In this document: positions 25,480-38,056 of the stretch, one piece after another
Numbering within the stretch: position 1 is the stretch's first letter
Layout of the letters: each line of letters starts with the position of its first letter
NCBI GenBank assembly: GCA_951406725.2
Contig: OX597827.1
Span: forward strand, 37,944,001 to 38,008,000
Length of the DNA: 64,000 nucleotides
Source of the DNA: Octopus vulgaris
Lineage: Eukaryota
Direction of reading: 5' to 3'
Translations under genes and position numbers: made by a program
The notes under the pieces: generated by a model
The model's database searches: none
What the model was told of the DNA's origin: nothing
What the model saw: only the letters and a program-made list of their open reading frames with translations

Positions 25480-28400
25480 TTAAGCCAATACCACCCCTAC
25501 TATATAAGGTAGTGACCATACGGCGCAAAACATGATAGTGTTGTGAAGCAGGTTGAACTTAAGATCATTGCTTTGCTTATGAATTCTGCCAAATGCGAGC
25601 TTTCTTTTCAGGTACATGACACCACTGCTCCCCGTCCCTGGGCCTCTAGGGCCCATACCTTCCACACCCTCAGGGTTGGCACTCTCAACGTAGGCACACT
25701 GAAAGGTAGGTCTGGTGAGATTGTTGAGATGCTTGAACGGAGACGAGTTGATATCTGTTGCATCCAAGAAGTAAGGTGGAGAGGCGGTTCTGCTAGGTTC
25801 CTCACAGGCAAAGGAAACAGGTACAAGATTTTCTGGGCAGGAAACACTGATGGGGTTGGAGGCGTGGGTATACCTCTCGTTGAAAAATTGGTAGATAAGG
25901 TACTTGAGGTAATCAGAGTAAGTGACAGAATACTTAAGATTAGAATAGTGCTTCATCATAGATTAGCAACCATTATATTGGCCTATGCCCCTCAGCCAGA
26001 ACTACCCGATGGACAGAAAGACAGTTTCTATGACACCCTACTGCAGACCACCTCATTGATGAACGACAGGGACCTTCTCTTTGTGGCTGGTGACTTCAAT
26101 GGGCATGTTGGACGATATGCAGGGGCCTTCCATGGCGTACATGGAAGCTATGGTTATGGTTCCCGCAATGAGGAGGGAACCAGGCTGCTGGAGTTCTGCG
26201 ATGCGAATAGTCTTATGGTTTGCAACACTAACTTCAGGAAACCGACAAGCCACCTGGTCACCTACCGATCGGGCCGGCATACTAGCCAAATCGACTACAT
26301 CCTTGCCAGAAAAAGGGAAAGAAGGCTGCTTATAAATGCCAAAACCTTCCCAGGCGAAGAATGCACCCCACAACATAGACTGGTAGTTAGTGACTTTAGG
26401 ATCAGGACTAAGAGGATGACTAGAAGATGACCAACATGGAGAAGAAGGGTCTGGAAGCTTAAAGACCCTGCGAATGGACAGAGATTTAGAGATATGTTAC
26501 TTGAAGCCTTTGACGAAATAGAAGTGGGTATAGCTACACATGGGGTAGAAGACAACTGGACGCTTCTGAGGGACAACCTGCTGAAAGCCACTGACCAGAT
26601 CTGTGACTGGTGCAAAGTCCCCTCAAGACCCAAAATAACGTGGTGGTGGAACAATATTGTTGACAGGGCTATTAGACAAAAGAAACAGGCTTGGAAGGAC
26701 TGGAAGAACGGTGGTAGCAGGGAAGTGTATCAGACTGCCAGAAGGGAAGCTAGGAGGCAGGTGTATTTAGCCAGAGGGAAAGCAGATAAGAAAAAATTTG
26801 CCAACGTTCTGCGCCGTGAGGATGAAAGACTTGAGGTATTTCGTGTTGCAAGACAGTGTGTGAGAGAGAATCGTGACGTGGTAGGAGAGAAATGTGTTCG
26901 CAAGGATGACGGTTCACTTGTGCTAAATGAGGATGCAAAGTGAGAGGTTTGGAGACGCCAATATGAAAGGTCGCTGAATGAGGAAAATGAATGGGATAAA
27001 GAGAGTCTGCCGAATGTCGACCCAACAGAGGGACCAGCAATCCGAGTTGACAGTTCCTTAGTAGTTAAGGCAATTACAAGCATGAAAACAGGGAAAGCCC
27101 CAGGCCCATCAGGAATTACTGCAGAGATGCTCAAAATATCTGGTAGTGTCGGCTTTAGCCTAGTCACCCATATAGTTAACCAGGTGATACACGAAGGAGT
27201 CATACCCAATGACTGGTGTAGCAGCATACTAGTCAACTGCTACAAAGGTAAAGGTGACGCCCTAGATACAAATAACTACAGGGGTATTAAGCTGGTGGAT
27301 CAGGTAATGAAGGTTACGGAGAGGGTTATAGCCCAACTTATTAGAGAGAGAGTTAGCTTAGATGAGATGCAGTTTGGGTTCGTGCCAGGGAAAAGTACTA
27401 CTGATGCTATATTCCTGGTAAGACAGCTGCCGGAGAAATACCTAGCCAAAGATAAGCCCTGTACCTGGCTTTTGTTGACATGGAGAAAGCCTTCGACAGG
27501 GTCCCCCGATCTCTTATCTGGTGGTCAATGAGGAAACTAGGGATAGATGAATGGTTAGTGAGAGCTGTGCGAGCCATGTACAGAGATGCTGCTAGTAAGG
27601 TGAGGGTTGGCAATGAGTACAGTGAAGAATTCCGGGTAGAGGTTGGGGTCCACCAAGGTTCAGTCCTCAGTCCCCTCCTATTTATCATAGTCCTCCAGGC
27701 AATAACGGAGGAATTCAAGACAGGATGCCCCTAGGAGCTCCTCTATGCTGATGACTTTGCTCTAATTGCTGAGTCACTATCAGAACTGGAGGAGAAGTTT
27801 CAGGTGTGGAAGCAAGGATTAGAATCGAAGGGCCTTAGAATCAACCTAGCCAAAACCAAAGTCCTAATAAGTAGGAAGGTAGACCAATCACAAACGACTT
27901 CAGGTAGATGGCCCTGCTCGATCTGTAGAAAAGGTGCACCAAGTGTAAGCTATGGACACATAAGAGGTGCAGCAATGTCAAAGGAAGGCTAACTAGGAAA
28001 ATAGTTTTTGAATGTGGCTGATGCTCAGGAGCAATAAACACTGGAAATGTGCAGAGACCAACTTCTACCACGTTCCAGGGAGTCAAACTAGAAGTAGTTG
28101 ATAGCTTCCGATACCTAGGTGACCAAGTCAGTAGCGGGGGTGGGTGTGCTGAAAGTGTAACTGCTAGAGTAAGAATAGCCTGGGCAAAGTTTAGAGAGCT
28201 CTTACCCCTGCTGGTGACAAAAGGCCTCTCGCTCAGAGTAAAAGGCAGACTGTATGATGCATGTGAACGTACAGCCATGCTATATGGTAGGGAAACATGG
28301 GCCGTGACTGCTGAGGATATGCGTAAGCTCGCAAGAAATGAAGACAGTATGCTCTGATGGATGTGTAATGTCAGTGTTCATAATCGACAGAGTGTAAGTA

Positions 28401-29314
28401 CCTTGAGAGAAAAGTTGGACCTAAGAAGCATCAGTTGTGGTGTGCAAGAGAGACGTTTGCACTGGTATGGTCATGTGACGAGAATGGCTGAAGATAGTTG
28501 TGTGCAAAAGTGCCACACCCTAGCAGTTGAGGGAACCTGTGGAAGCGGTCGACCCAGGAAAACCTGGGACGAGGTGGTGAAGCACAACCTTCTCACTTTA
28601 GGTATCACCAAGGAAATGACTAGAGACCGAGACCTATGGAAGTATGCTGTGCGTGAGAAGACCCGGCAAGACTAGTGAGACCATAACCCGTGGCCTCTAC
28701 CTGGTATGTAGCCAGTCGACTTATACATACCTTTCCTTCTTGGGACACAAAACTCCACTTGTGAAGACCCGTTGAGGTAAGTGAAAATCAAAATCAAAAT
28801 CAAATCAAACCAAATCAAATCAGATATCAGAAGCAGAACCAAAATCGAAGTCGATCAACATCAATGGAAATTGCAGCTGTGATACCAGTGCCGGTAACAA
28901 GTAAGCGAACCATCCGATTGTGGCCATTGCCAGTGCCGCCCCGACTGGCCTCCGTGCCAGTGACACGTAAAAAGCACCATCCGTTCGTGGCCGTTGCCAG
29001 CACCGCCCCGACTGGCCTCCGTGCTGGTGGCATGTAAAAGCACCATCCGTTTGTGCCCGTTGCCAGCCTCACCTGGCCTCCGTGCCGGTGGCACGTAAAA
29101 GCACCATCTGTTCGTGGCCGTTTGCCAGCTCCGTCTGGCTCCTGTGCAGGTGGCACGTAAAAAGCACCCACTACACTCGCGGAGTGGTTGGTGTTAGGAA
29201 GGGCATCCAGCCGTAGAAACACTGCCAGATCAGACTGGGCCTGATGCAGCCTTCTGGCTTCACAGACCCCAGTTGAACCGTCCAACCCATGCTAGCATGG
29301 AAAACGGATGCTAA

Positions 29315-29356
<42 letters not shown>
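25480..29356 (+). mobile_element. Near full-length, inactivated RTE-clade LINE (APE, RT, PHD insert, 3' UTR repeats, (ATG)n tail)
   Basis: Single ancestral ORF about 25579-28675: LRVGTLNVG, IQEVRW, GDFNGH, QIDYIL, QHRLV (APE); QFGF, DMEKAFD, GVHQGSVLSPLLF, YADD, FRYLG (RT); RGRPRKTW-like C-terminus; several stops and frameshifts; tail about 29315-29356; 5' end approximate. Confidence 0.96.
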
Positions 29357-30062
29357 CCAAAATTTGAAACCAATATTTAGTCACATCAATGTGGTAAGCT
29401 GGCAAAATCATTAGCACACTGAGCAAAATACTTGGTGGCATCTCACCTATCTTATGTTCTGAGTTCAAATTCTGCCAAATACCAGTTGAACTATGGAGCT
29501 GATGTAATCAACTTACCCACTTCCCGAAATTGCTGGTCTTGTTCCAAAATTTAAAATCAATATTTAGTTACATATGCATTCAAACCCCATCAAAGTCAAC
29601 ACAGCCTTTTATCTTTCCAGGTTGATAAAATAAAACCAGTCAAATAATGGATTTGATTTAATCAACTGTTCTCTGCTAGCAAAATATGTAGCTTTATGCC
29701 GCCTGTTAGGAAACATTATTATTAGGATGATGGCATGTCACATTACTTCATTTATGTCCCCAATTTTGTAAGTTCATGAGCCTTTTCAAGGAATATAAAT
29801 CTACAGGCTTCAGTCTACTTGGTTGATAAAAATGCATTTTATTCTCTGTTCCCTGGGTTAAGTGGTAACAGGTAGCTGTAACTGTAAATTTGCTCCAACA
29901 CAAAACAAAAATTTAACATCTTGGCTATATGTTAACACAGAACAATGGAAATAAAACTGTCATAAAAATAGAATTCTGAGAGGATAGCTGCTTTATTTGT
30001 GTGAAAGATATAATCATTAAACCAATGATGACGGTAATAATTTCTTGATATTTTATTTGTAG

Positions 30063-30164
30063 ACTCTGAAAACATTATCTAACATGTACCTTGCTATTCC
30101 AATGAGTGGTGATAATCCATGGGTGTTGAGCAAGGAGCATGTTGTTGTGGCTTTTAGACTGAGG
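30063..30164 (+). CDS. MRPL9: Mitochondrial ribosomal protein L9, third-last exon (5' exons not found in window)
   Basis: ttgtag|TLKTLSNMYLAIPMSGDNPWVLSKEHVVVAFRLR|gtaaag, cf. MRPL9 [34 protein letters not shown]. Confidence 0.8.
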
Positions 30165-30970
30165 GTAAAGTATTCTACTGTTTAACTATTTTCTTTTATA
30201 ATCTTTAACTAATTGTGAAGATAGACTCAGCAGATACCATATTATGCTAAAGAAGATTAATTTTGATTGAATATACTTTGAGAAGAGTAAATACTGTAAA
30301 AGATATAACATGAATCTTGATTGTAGGGCCTAAATTATCCTAAAAACTTTAGAGTAACATGTAACATGCAGTGTTGCATATTTACTCCAAAAGTACATCT
30401 ATTTTAATCTAGTCAGTAGCTGACTTTCATTTTTGTGGTCCTAAAGTTTGAACTATTACATCCCACACCTTCCACTCTTGTAGGATAATTATAGAATACC
30501 TTTCAGCAAGATGTGAAAGGCCCTACTACCCATGCAAGGACTTTGAAGCCCAAAGGATGGAAAATGTGAAATCTATGGAAAAAAGGGCCATGCAGTGAGC
30601 CTCTTTCTCCCAGTAACATGCACTGAGTGATCACTGTTACCTTTTTCGATATGCTTGTTCCATGACAGATTACTAGAAATTTTTAAATAAAATTTAACCA
30701 GCACATCTCAGCTTTTGGTTTAAATTGCTATACTGTGTTACTTCTCATATAGTTTTTAAGATATGGAAGGATGAAAATTAGGCATTATTTATGCTTGATG
30801 ATATGTAGATTAATGAAATAAAACATAGCAAAGACTAGAGTTAATATAATCTTTCATTTTAAACACCTGTGAGAATACATATTACATGAACCACATTTCA
30901 CAAACTGCTCTTTTTTCTGCAATTTATTCATGTAAACTTAACTTTTATCATATTAAGAGTTTCCTTGCAA

Positions 30971-31256
30971 TGTCATTCTTTACAGACTGTTTGGATAAAG
31001 AATGTAAGCGCTCTTCAGTAATAGTAGAGTGAAATTTGTTCTTTATAAAGACTATCTTTGAGGAATTATTTTCTGCTTCGCAGCTCATGATAGACATTGT
31101 CAAGTACCTTGTATGTCATTCTTTACAGACTATATGGATAAAGAATTTAAGTGCTCTTCAGTAATAATAGAGTGAAATTTGTTCTTTATAAACACTATCT
31201 TTGAGGAATTATTTTCTGCTTCACAGCTCATGATAGACATTGACATGTACATTGTA
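30971..31256. repeat. 143-bp tandem duplication (two slightly diverged copies)
   Basis: tgtcattctttacagact...gatagacattg at 30971-31113 and 31114-31256. Confidence 0.9.
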
Positions 31257-31694
31257 TGTCCTTGTAGATGAACACAGCCAAGTGTATGCACATATTTATC
31301 TAAAGTATCTCATATCAAGAATCTTTTGAACATCTTACAAATTTTTGCTGTGCCATTAACAGATTGGATTTTTTTTGTGCAGATCCCTAGATACATAGCC
31401 TAATGCACTTATGATGATATGTAAAAATGAAAATTTATAGCCTAGATTCAAGAGCTATATATTTTGCATTAGTTTATCATAAATCTTACCTTTCACCAGA
31501 ACGTTTGAGGCCACATTCACATCTACATGCCTCGTGTAATCCCTTTATGTATGAAAAGGAATAAACCCTGTATTTCAACAATTAGTCCAAATAATAGATA
31601 TACTATCTAGCATATTCATTAGGTCAGTTAATACAATTACAGTAATATTGTTTGTTCTCTTATTTTCCTTTTAATTCTCTTTCTGTTTCTGAAG

Positions 31695-31775
31695 GGTGTT
31701 GAAGTAGCTGAAGAAGTCATCACTCTGCCTGATAAAGTAATTACAGAACCTGAGGAAATAGATATACAATTGAAA
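31695..31775 (+). CDS. MRPL9: MRPL9 penultimate exon
   Basis: polypyrimidine tract then aag|GVEVAEEVITLPDKVITEPEEIDIQLK|gtaagc, cf. [27 protein letters not shown]. Confidence 0.82.
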
Positions 31776-32331
31776 GTAAGCTTGTGTTTTCAAGTTACTT
31801 CTAGAAGATCACCGACAATTTTATTGTTGTTATTTATATATCTTGTCTGTATTTCTCTACTGTTACTCTATCTCTACTAAAACAATAGTGAAAACTAAGT
31901 TTTACTCTCAATTTTGCCTTTTCTGTTTCATTACCTGTAATACATGCATTGACTTCTTATACTAACTGGATGTATTAAAGCCAATGATGGAGACTCTTCA
32001 TGATCACCCAGTATGCCAGAAATTGTAAAACCTTTCTCAAATCTTACCGTATCATCTAAAAAAATTGAAGAAGGCTACATTGGATAATGAAGTCCTAGAT
32101 GCTCTATGCTTGAAGAGAATAATGATCATGACTGGAATACCATTAATTATAGGTCTGGCCTAGGGCTAAACAATAACTGGATGCATTGTCAGAGACTTGA
32201 ATTGGCTTAATATTAAGCCAGTTGTTGAACCAAACATGCTGTTTAAAGAAATGCATGTACTTTTATTTCACACACACACACACAAGTACACACCAGATAC
32301 CTGTGACTATATTTACTTCTTTACATTTCAG

Positions 32332-32469
32332 ATGAATGGTAAAGAAGAGGTGACGGTGAAATGCCTCATTATTTTGAAACATAAAGATCCTTCGAAAGAC
32401 GTTATTCCTACCAACTTACCAACCACATTAAAAAGACAAAAGGAGCACAGACAAATAGGGAATGATTAA
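32332..32469 (+). CDS. MRPL9: MRPL9 last coding exon
   Basis: tttcag|MNGKEEVTVKCLIILKHKDPSKDVIPTNLPTTLKRQKEHRQIGND*, cf. VNGLDTVRVPMSVV; phase 0 joins throughout. Confidence 0.8.
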   Translation: MNGKEEVTVKCLIILKHKDPSKDVIPTNLPTTLKRQKEHRQIGND

Positions 32470-32479
32470 AGTTGCTATA

Positions 32480-33246
32480 TCTCTTATTATAAAAGGCAGA
32501 TTTTATCTGCCTCCCTTTGTCAGTTATAGAAATCTACAATATAGGATTTCTTCAATTACAATTTACCTAGCATTTTAAGAGTAGAATGCATCGGGTCATG
32601 CCAGGTCCAGTTTTTAAAATTTAAACTCCAATTAAGCAAAATTTACAGAAAACTCACATTCTGGTGTGTATGTCAAATGCTTTTCTTAATGTGGTTTACA
32701 CCACACGCACACGCACACACACAGTGTGCAACGAATAAACTGAAAGTAATTCACTGTGTGTGTGTTGACAGGTAGACAATAGAATGCGATGGCGATGGCG
32801 ATGGCGATGTAATATTTGTTTCTGTCTATCACGCTGATAGATACATGAGTAAAATGTATGGCAAGCTAAGAGATAAGAGTGAGTGAAAATGTTCTTGGAA
32901 GAGAGTAAATAGCGACAGAGTGATTTGAGGAAGACTAAACTGAAAGTATTTCTATAAAACGGATCACTCATGCTATCAACATAATTTCTCCCACTTTCTC
33001 TTTGCAAGTGTACCTTAAACCACTACTCAAAAAATTAAAAAAAAACACAGCAAACAAACAAATAAATACATAACGATTTACTCCTCACACAATTTCTTCA
33101 ATTAGAGTTTACCTAAGACTTTTCAAAGTACTCCATTCGGTCATGCCATAACAAATTTCTTTCAATTTCACCCCCAATTAAGACAAAATTCGAGAAAACT
33201 CAATATTTTAACATTTCACTCCGAAAGCATTGATGTACATGTGTGC

Positions 33247-33319
<73 letters not shown>

Positions 33320-34784
33320 ATGGGTTGTGCGACACAGAAAGTGTCGTGTGTAAGTGAAGTGCTTTTGTTAGTGTGTGTAAAGAGACAGAGAGAGTGAAAG
33401 ACAGAAATAACTGAACTTTTTTTATTCACTTTTTGTAGTGAGTGACTGAGAGAGAAAAGAGAGAGAGAGGTTATGTATGTATATATGTATGTATGGCTTC
33501 AGTGACACACACACACAAAAACACATACCTACGTACACCTAAAGCACGCACACACACACACACAAGCGGAGCGCGAACTTCAAAATATTGGTAGTATTGA
33601 TTTGCGAGCGTACTTCTAAGCGCGCGTAATTGAAAGTTTTCACTATGATATCATCACGTGCGAAAAAATTCGAAGGGTTTTGAACAATTGAGATACAGAT
33701 GTCACGCCTGTATTGAAACCATTGCTAAGCTGCCGTAATTGCTTAATTAAGACTTTGTTTAAATTGAAAGGGGCAAATATGTGACGAGGTTGAAAAAAAT
33801 ACCCCAGAAAAAAAAATGTACTGCTGGTATTTATATAATTCACTACTATTTTGCTACAATGTCATGAAAAAGAAAAAATTTAGGTATGTACAACATATAT
33901 TATACATTTTTTCTATTCATTCAACGAAAATAAAAAAATCGAATTCGCCACCCCTTTTCCCCGTTCGCGTTTGTGTAAAAAAAATTATTATTTAAGTTTT
34001 AAAAATTATTTACTTTGTTCAAAAAATATTAATATTAATTAATTTTCAAGAATTATTTAATTTTATTCTGTAAAATAGTAATTAATTCATTTATCTGTAA
34101 ATCCGCGAGGTTGTTACTCAGGCACCTAGAAATAGCAGCCAGATTTTTATATTCTAAATAATTTGCAATTTCAAAAAATATATTAATTTTGCGTTATTTA
34201 ATTTGATAAATTCTACGGAATAATTTTGCGCGTTATATACGTTCGCGTTTCTGTAAAAAAAAGTAATTATTTAAGGGCGATCGAGTATCGAGTACCTACG
34301 TCTGGCTCGCACGCGCGAATCCGCGTGTGCGCAACCGGGACCACTCTGCGATACAAGTACCCATATATACATCCATACATACATGTGTGTGTGTGTCTAT
34401 GTATGTGTATTAATGTGTGTGTGTTATCTCTATATAAAGCTAAAGTTGTCTGTGTGCGCCACGTTTGGTAACCTTCAACTAACACTATCTCCTCCGAGAC
34501 CCTGCGGCGCAAGTCGACCAAAATTGAGAGTATGATAGAAGAAGGGTTGCTCTTCCTTCCGTAGAACATAAAATTCAAATCGGACCATGTTAACACCAAA
34601 AATTATTTACATCAAAAAGATGCTTTTTTCTATGAAAATCCCTATTTTTTACGATTTTTTCACTGCTGTGTCGCCACTTTTCGGTGTATTTCGACCAGAA
34701 AAATGTTCACAAAATTTTTACTCTTCAAAATTACAATTCCAGCGGGTCGAAACAAACCCGAGCAACGCCGGGCGATACTGCTAG
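32480..34784 (+). mobile_element. Non-autonomous composite Helitron
   Basis: A|TCtcttattataaaa 5' end, subterminal hairpin cccg-agcaacgc-cggg, CTAG|T 3' end, no TSD; second TC-type 5' end at 34427; internal (GT)n. Confidence 0.75.
33241..33316. repeat. (GT)n microsatellite
   Basis: Seen directly. Confidence 0.95.
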
Positions 34785-37238
34785 TATTTGCTAATTAGAA
34801 AGTTTTTTTATATTTGTTTTTAAATTAAATCATTTTAAAAAGTACCATTGTAGTTTCTTGTTTTTTAATATTTCTTTAAATTTTGCTTTTGTTTTGTTTT
34901 TGTTATAAAGTACCCTTGTTTGTTTTTTAATACTTTCAGATGTGCCTATCTAAGGTGAATCAATTTTCATAGAGGTTTTATAACATTGCTGCTATATGCC
35001 ATGGACATATTGCATAACATTTTATTTGTGAGTGTATATAATGTGTTCATCTGTAACTGATATATTTACCCTGTTTGCTCTTTTCCCTCTTCTTTGTTCT
35101 CATTAGAGACTAGCAAAAAATTCAATATCTCTAACTGTAGTGAAGGTATCTTTCTCCCTACCCACCCTGAAACTAAAAAGCAGGACGCAGGAAGTGTCCT
35201 TCACAAGGAAGTAGATTGGGAAAATCGTTAGACTCTTGGGCCAGAATGCTTCACAGTATTTGTTCTGACTCTCTGCACTCTCAATCCAAATCCCTCCCTG
35301 GTAAACTTTGCCATTCATGTTTTCAGGGTTAATAATGGTAGATTGGCAGAACTTGGATCAAGTAGGACATCTGGCAGTATCTGTTCTGGCACTTTGTGGA
35401 ACAGATACAGACTGGTCTTTCTATTGGATAAATATTAATGGTGTGAATAGGGTAACTGCTATCTTTAAGAAAGCTTGCCTTATTTTAAAAATGCATGTGC
35501 AGATGTATATTCAACATAGACTAACCAAGACCCTATCAACCTCCACAGTTTAGCTGTCGATACAAATATTGCTAAGAACTTTCTAGCTCATGTAAAATAT
35601 TTTTCAGCCTCACACAAATACCACAAAATTTTCAATGCTTACAATATTAATTTAGCTATTCTTACCTAGATAACACATACTTTCAACAGTACAGAAATAT
35701 TTGTTTAATAACATTTTATTTGTACTGTGAGTGTACACAATCTGTTCATCTGTAGATTGCCCTTTCCCCTCATTTGCTCTCATTAGAGACCAGCAAGAAA
35801 TTTGATATCTCTAACCAAAGTGAAGGCACCTGTCTTGAAGAAACTCATCAGTATAAAAGAATTTCCCTCTTGTTTAATAGATATAGCAACTTGTGAAGAA
35901 GAGAATTAAAAGTGATACATGGTGGGCAGTCCCAAATACTAACTGTGACTATGTAATATTGTTTTTTCCTCACTGCTTACTTATTTCTAGTGAGCTTTTT
36001 TTAATAATCCTTGGAAGGGTTCACAAAATAAGAACATCTAGCTGTAAAACAAAGGATGAATAAGTAATTATTCAATCTATGCTAGCATGAAAAAATGGAC
36101 ATAGAATGAATGAACAAATTTATTTATTGCTTTTCAAGTAAAGGTTATTTCTGAAGCACTTATTCTCTAAATACTTCTGGTTTCTTACAATATACAATAA
36201 TTTACTTACTGAAATATTTATCACTGTTTCAGCAATTATGGTGAAGATTTATGCTTCAATAATGAGGACAGAATTATATTGAAATATAGCTAGAGTTGAC
36301 TCCCATGCCTGCTACAAGACTGACAACACTATTAGTTATTATTCTTCAAGACTAAAAACTTAATTTTTGAGGTTGCTTACATTAAATATGTTAACACTAA
36401 CTTATTGTTGCTGGCTTTTCATGCCGATGGTGCTAGCATAACTTGCAAGAAGTGTTTCGCACCCTGGATGATGCTTTTATGGAGCAGCATGGTGTTGCTA
36501 GAGTGTGTGCCACAGAGGTAACTCTTGAGCTTTCCACTTACTGGGACAACAAGCCTACACAGGACGGATCTGTTCAGTTTCGCTCACAGATTAAAAAAAT
36601 TATCTTTTTTAACTAAACAGTTTGAAACTTCGTATACTGGTGTAATTTCTCATGCTGAACACGGTTCACTTTCAACATTTTTGACAAAATTTCGTATCTT
36701 AGAAGTTATTTCGTGTTAAAGTTGTCCTATTTGTGTAATTTTAACCAATCAAAGAGGATATGAAAAAGTAAACAATTACAACTAAGAACCATAAGAAGGT
36801 AGTAAAAATATTTTTTTATTTCGAGATTTGGAAATTAACTAAATTTGGAACATTTAGCGTGTCCCTGAAAGATCAGTACGGGACAGGAGACAAAATTATC
36901 AAATATGGGCCACATCCCCGTCTGGCAACCCTAACCTAATGTTATTTTGCACGCTATTGACTCATCACCAATAGCCACATTTGGTCAGATCTCTTTACGC
37001 CTTGACATAAATCTTCGTCGAGATTTTCAGTGGGTTTTTGTCATTGCTGACATTCCGCATCCTATTTTAGGAGCGGATTTTCTAAATAACTTTGATTTAT
37101 TGGTAGATGTCAGACGTCGGAGGCTAGTCGACAGTTCAACTACACTCTCCACGCCGACCAGAGAATCTACCGATTCAGCTCTTAGCCCGACATTTATTGT
37201 TTCTACATCTGGAGATGTTTTTCATTCTCTTTTGGCTT

Positions 37239-37670
37239 TGTAGTGATGCTGCTGTGTATGGTTCAGCGCGCATGCGTAGAATGGGACTACTTCCGGGTGG
37301 CCACCGGAAGTCTTCCCCATGCGCATGTGCGGGAAACTGACCCCTAAAATACCGTCCACTCATTCAGTCTCTCTGGCCCTGATAGCCCTCGTGAACAGAC
37401 GCGCATTGGCAGTCTCTGAGAACTATGCACTGACTTAGCAGCGGACCACATCGAACCACTTCGACCAGCCAACAAGAAGCAGTACAACAGATTCGGCTGT
37501 CGGTCCCCCTCAGAAATACGTACACCAGATCTACACCATCACGAGTAATAAAACAACATTTGCTGTCTTTCCCAGATAACCTGACTTCGTCTGTTATATT
37601 TAACTAAATTGAATGTGACGGGATCAGATCGGACACCCCTTCAGTGATATCGATTCCAGATCCTGTTACA
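37239..37670 (+). repeat. 5' LTR of nested Gypsy element
   Basis: TGTAGTGATG...CCTGTTACA; 12 substitutions vs the 3' LTR by manual comparison. Confidence 0.97.
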
Positions 37671-38056
37671 ATTGGTGACCCCGAGTAAAAAAAAAAAAAG
37701 AACAGAAGACGCAGCGAACAGGTTTTGCCAGTTAGCACACTGAACACTCAGTTTCATTATCATTTTCTTTTCCTTTCAGGACAGCGAAGGTGCGTACAAA
37801 CAAAAGTTTTATCCATCGCACTCAGTACACTGAAAAAAAACACACACACACACATTATTTTTTTTCTTTTCTGTAGCTTTTGTTTTTCCTTTGTGCACAC
37901 ACACACCTATTTCTTTACTACCCACGAGGTGCACACACACACACCAGTACACAAAACACGATTTTTTTTTTTTGGTTTGCTTTGTCGGTTCCACGTGTTC
38001 TCCACTTCTCGTTCTTACCTTCTGCCCCTTTCTGACAGGCGATTTTTCGGACAAAC

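Noticed and set aside
28914-29169. Repeat-spacer look of the RTE 3' UTR units as a CRISPR array
   Set aside because: Eukaryotic LINE 3' UTR; whole units are homologous, there are no unique spacers and no cas genes
35715-35830. H/ACA snoRNA on the minus strand
   Set aside because: Only one hairpin has a two-sided pocket, the H box overlaps a stem, and the sister copy does not keep the second hairpin
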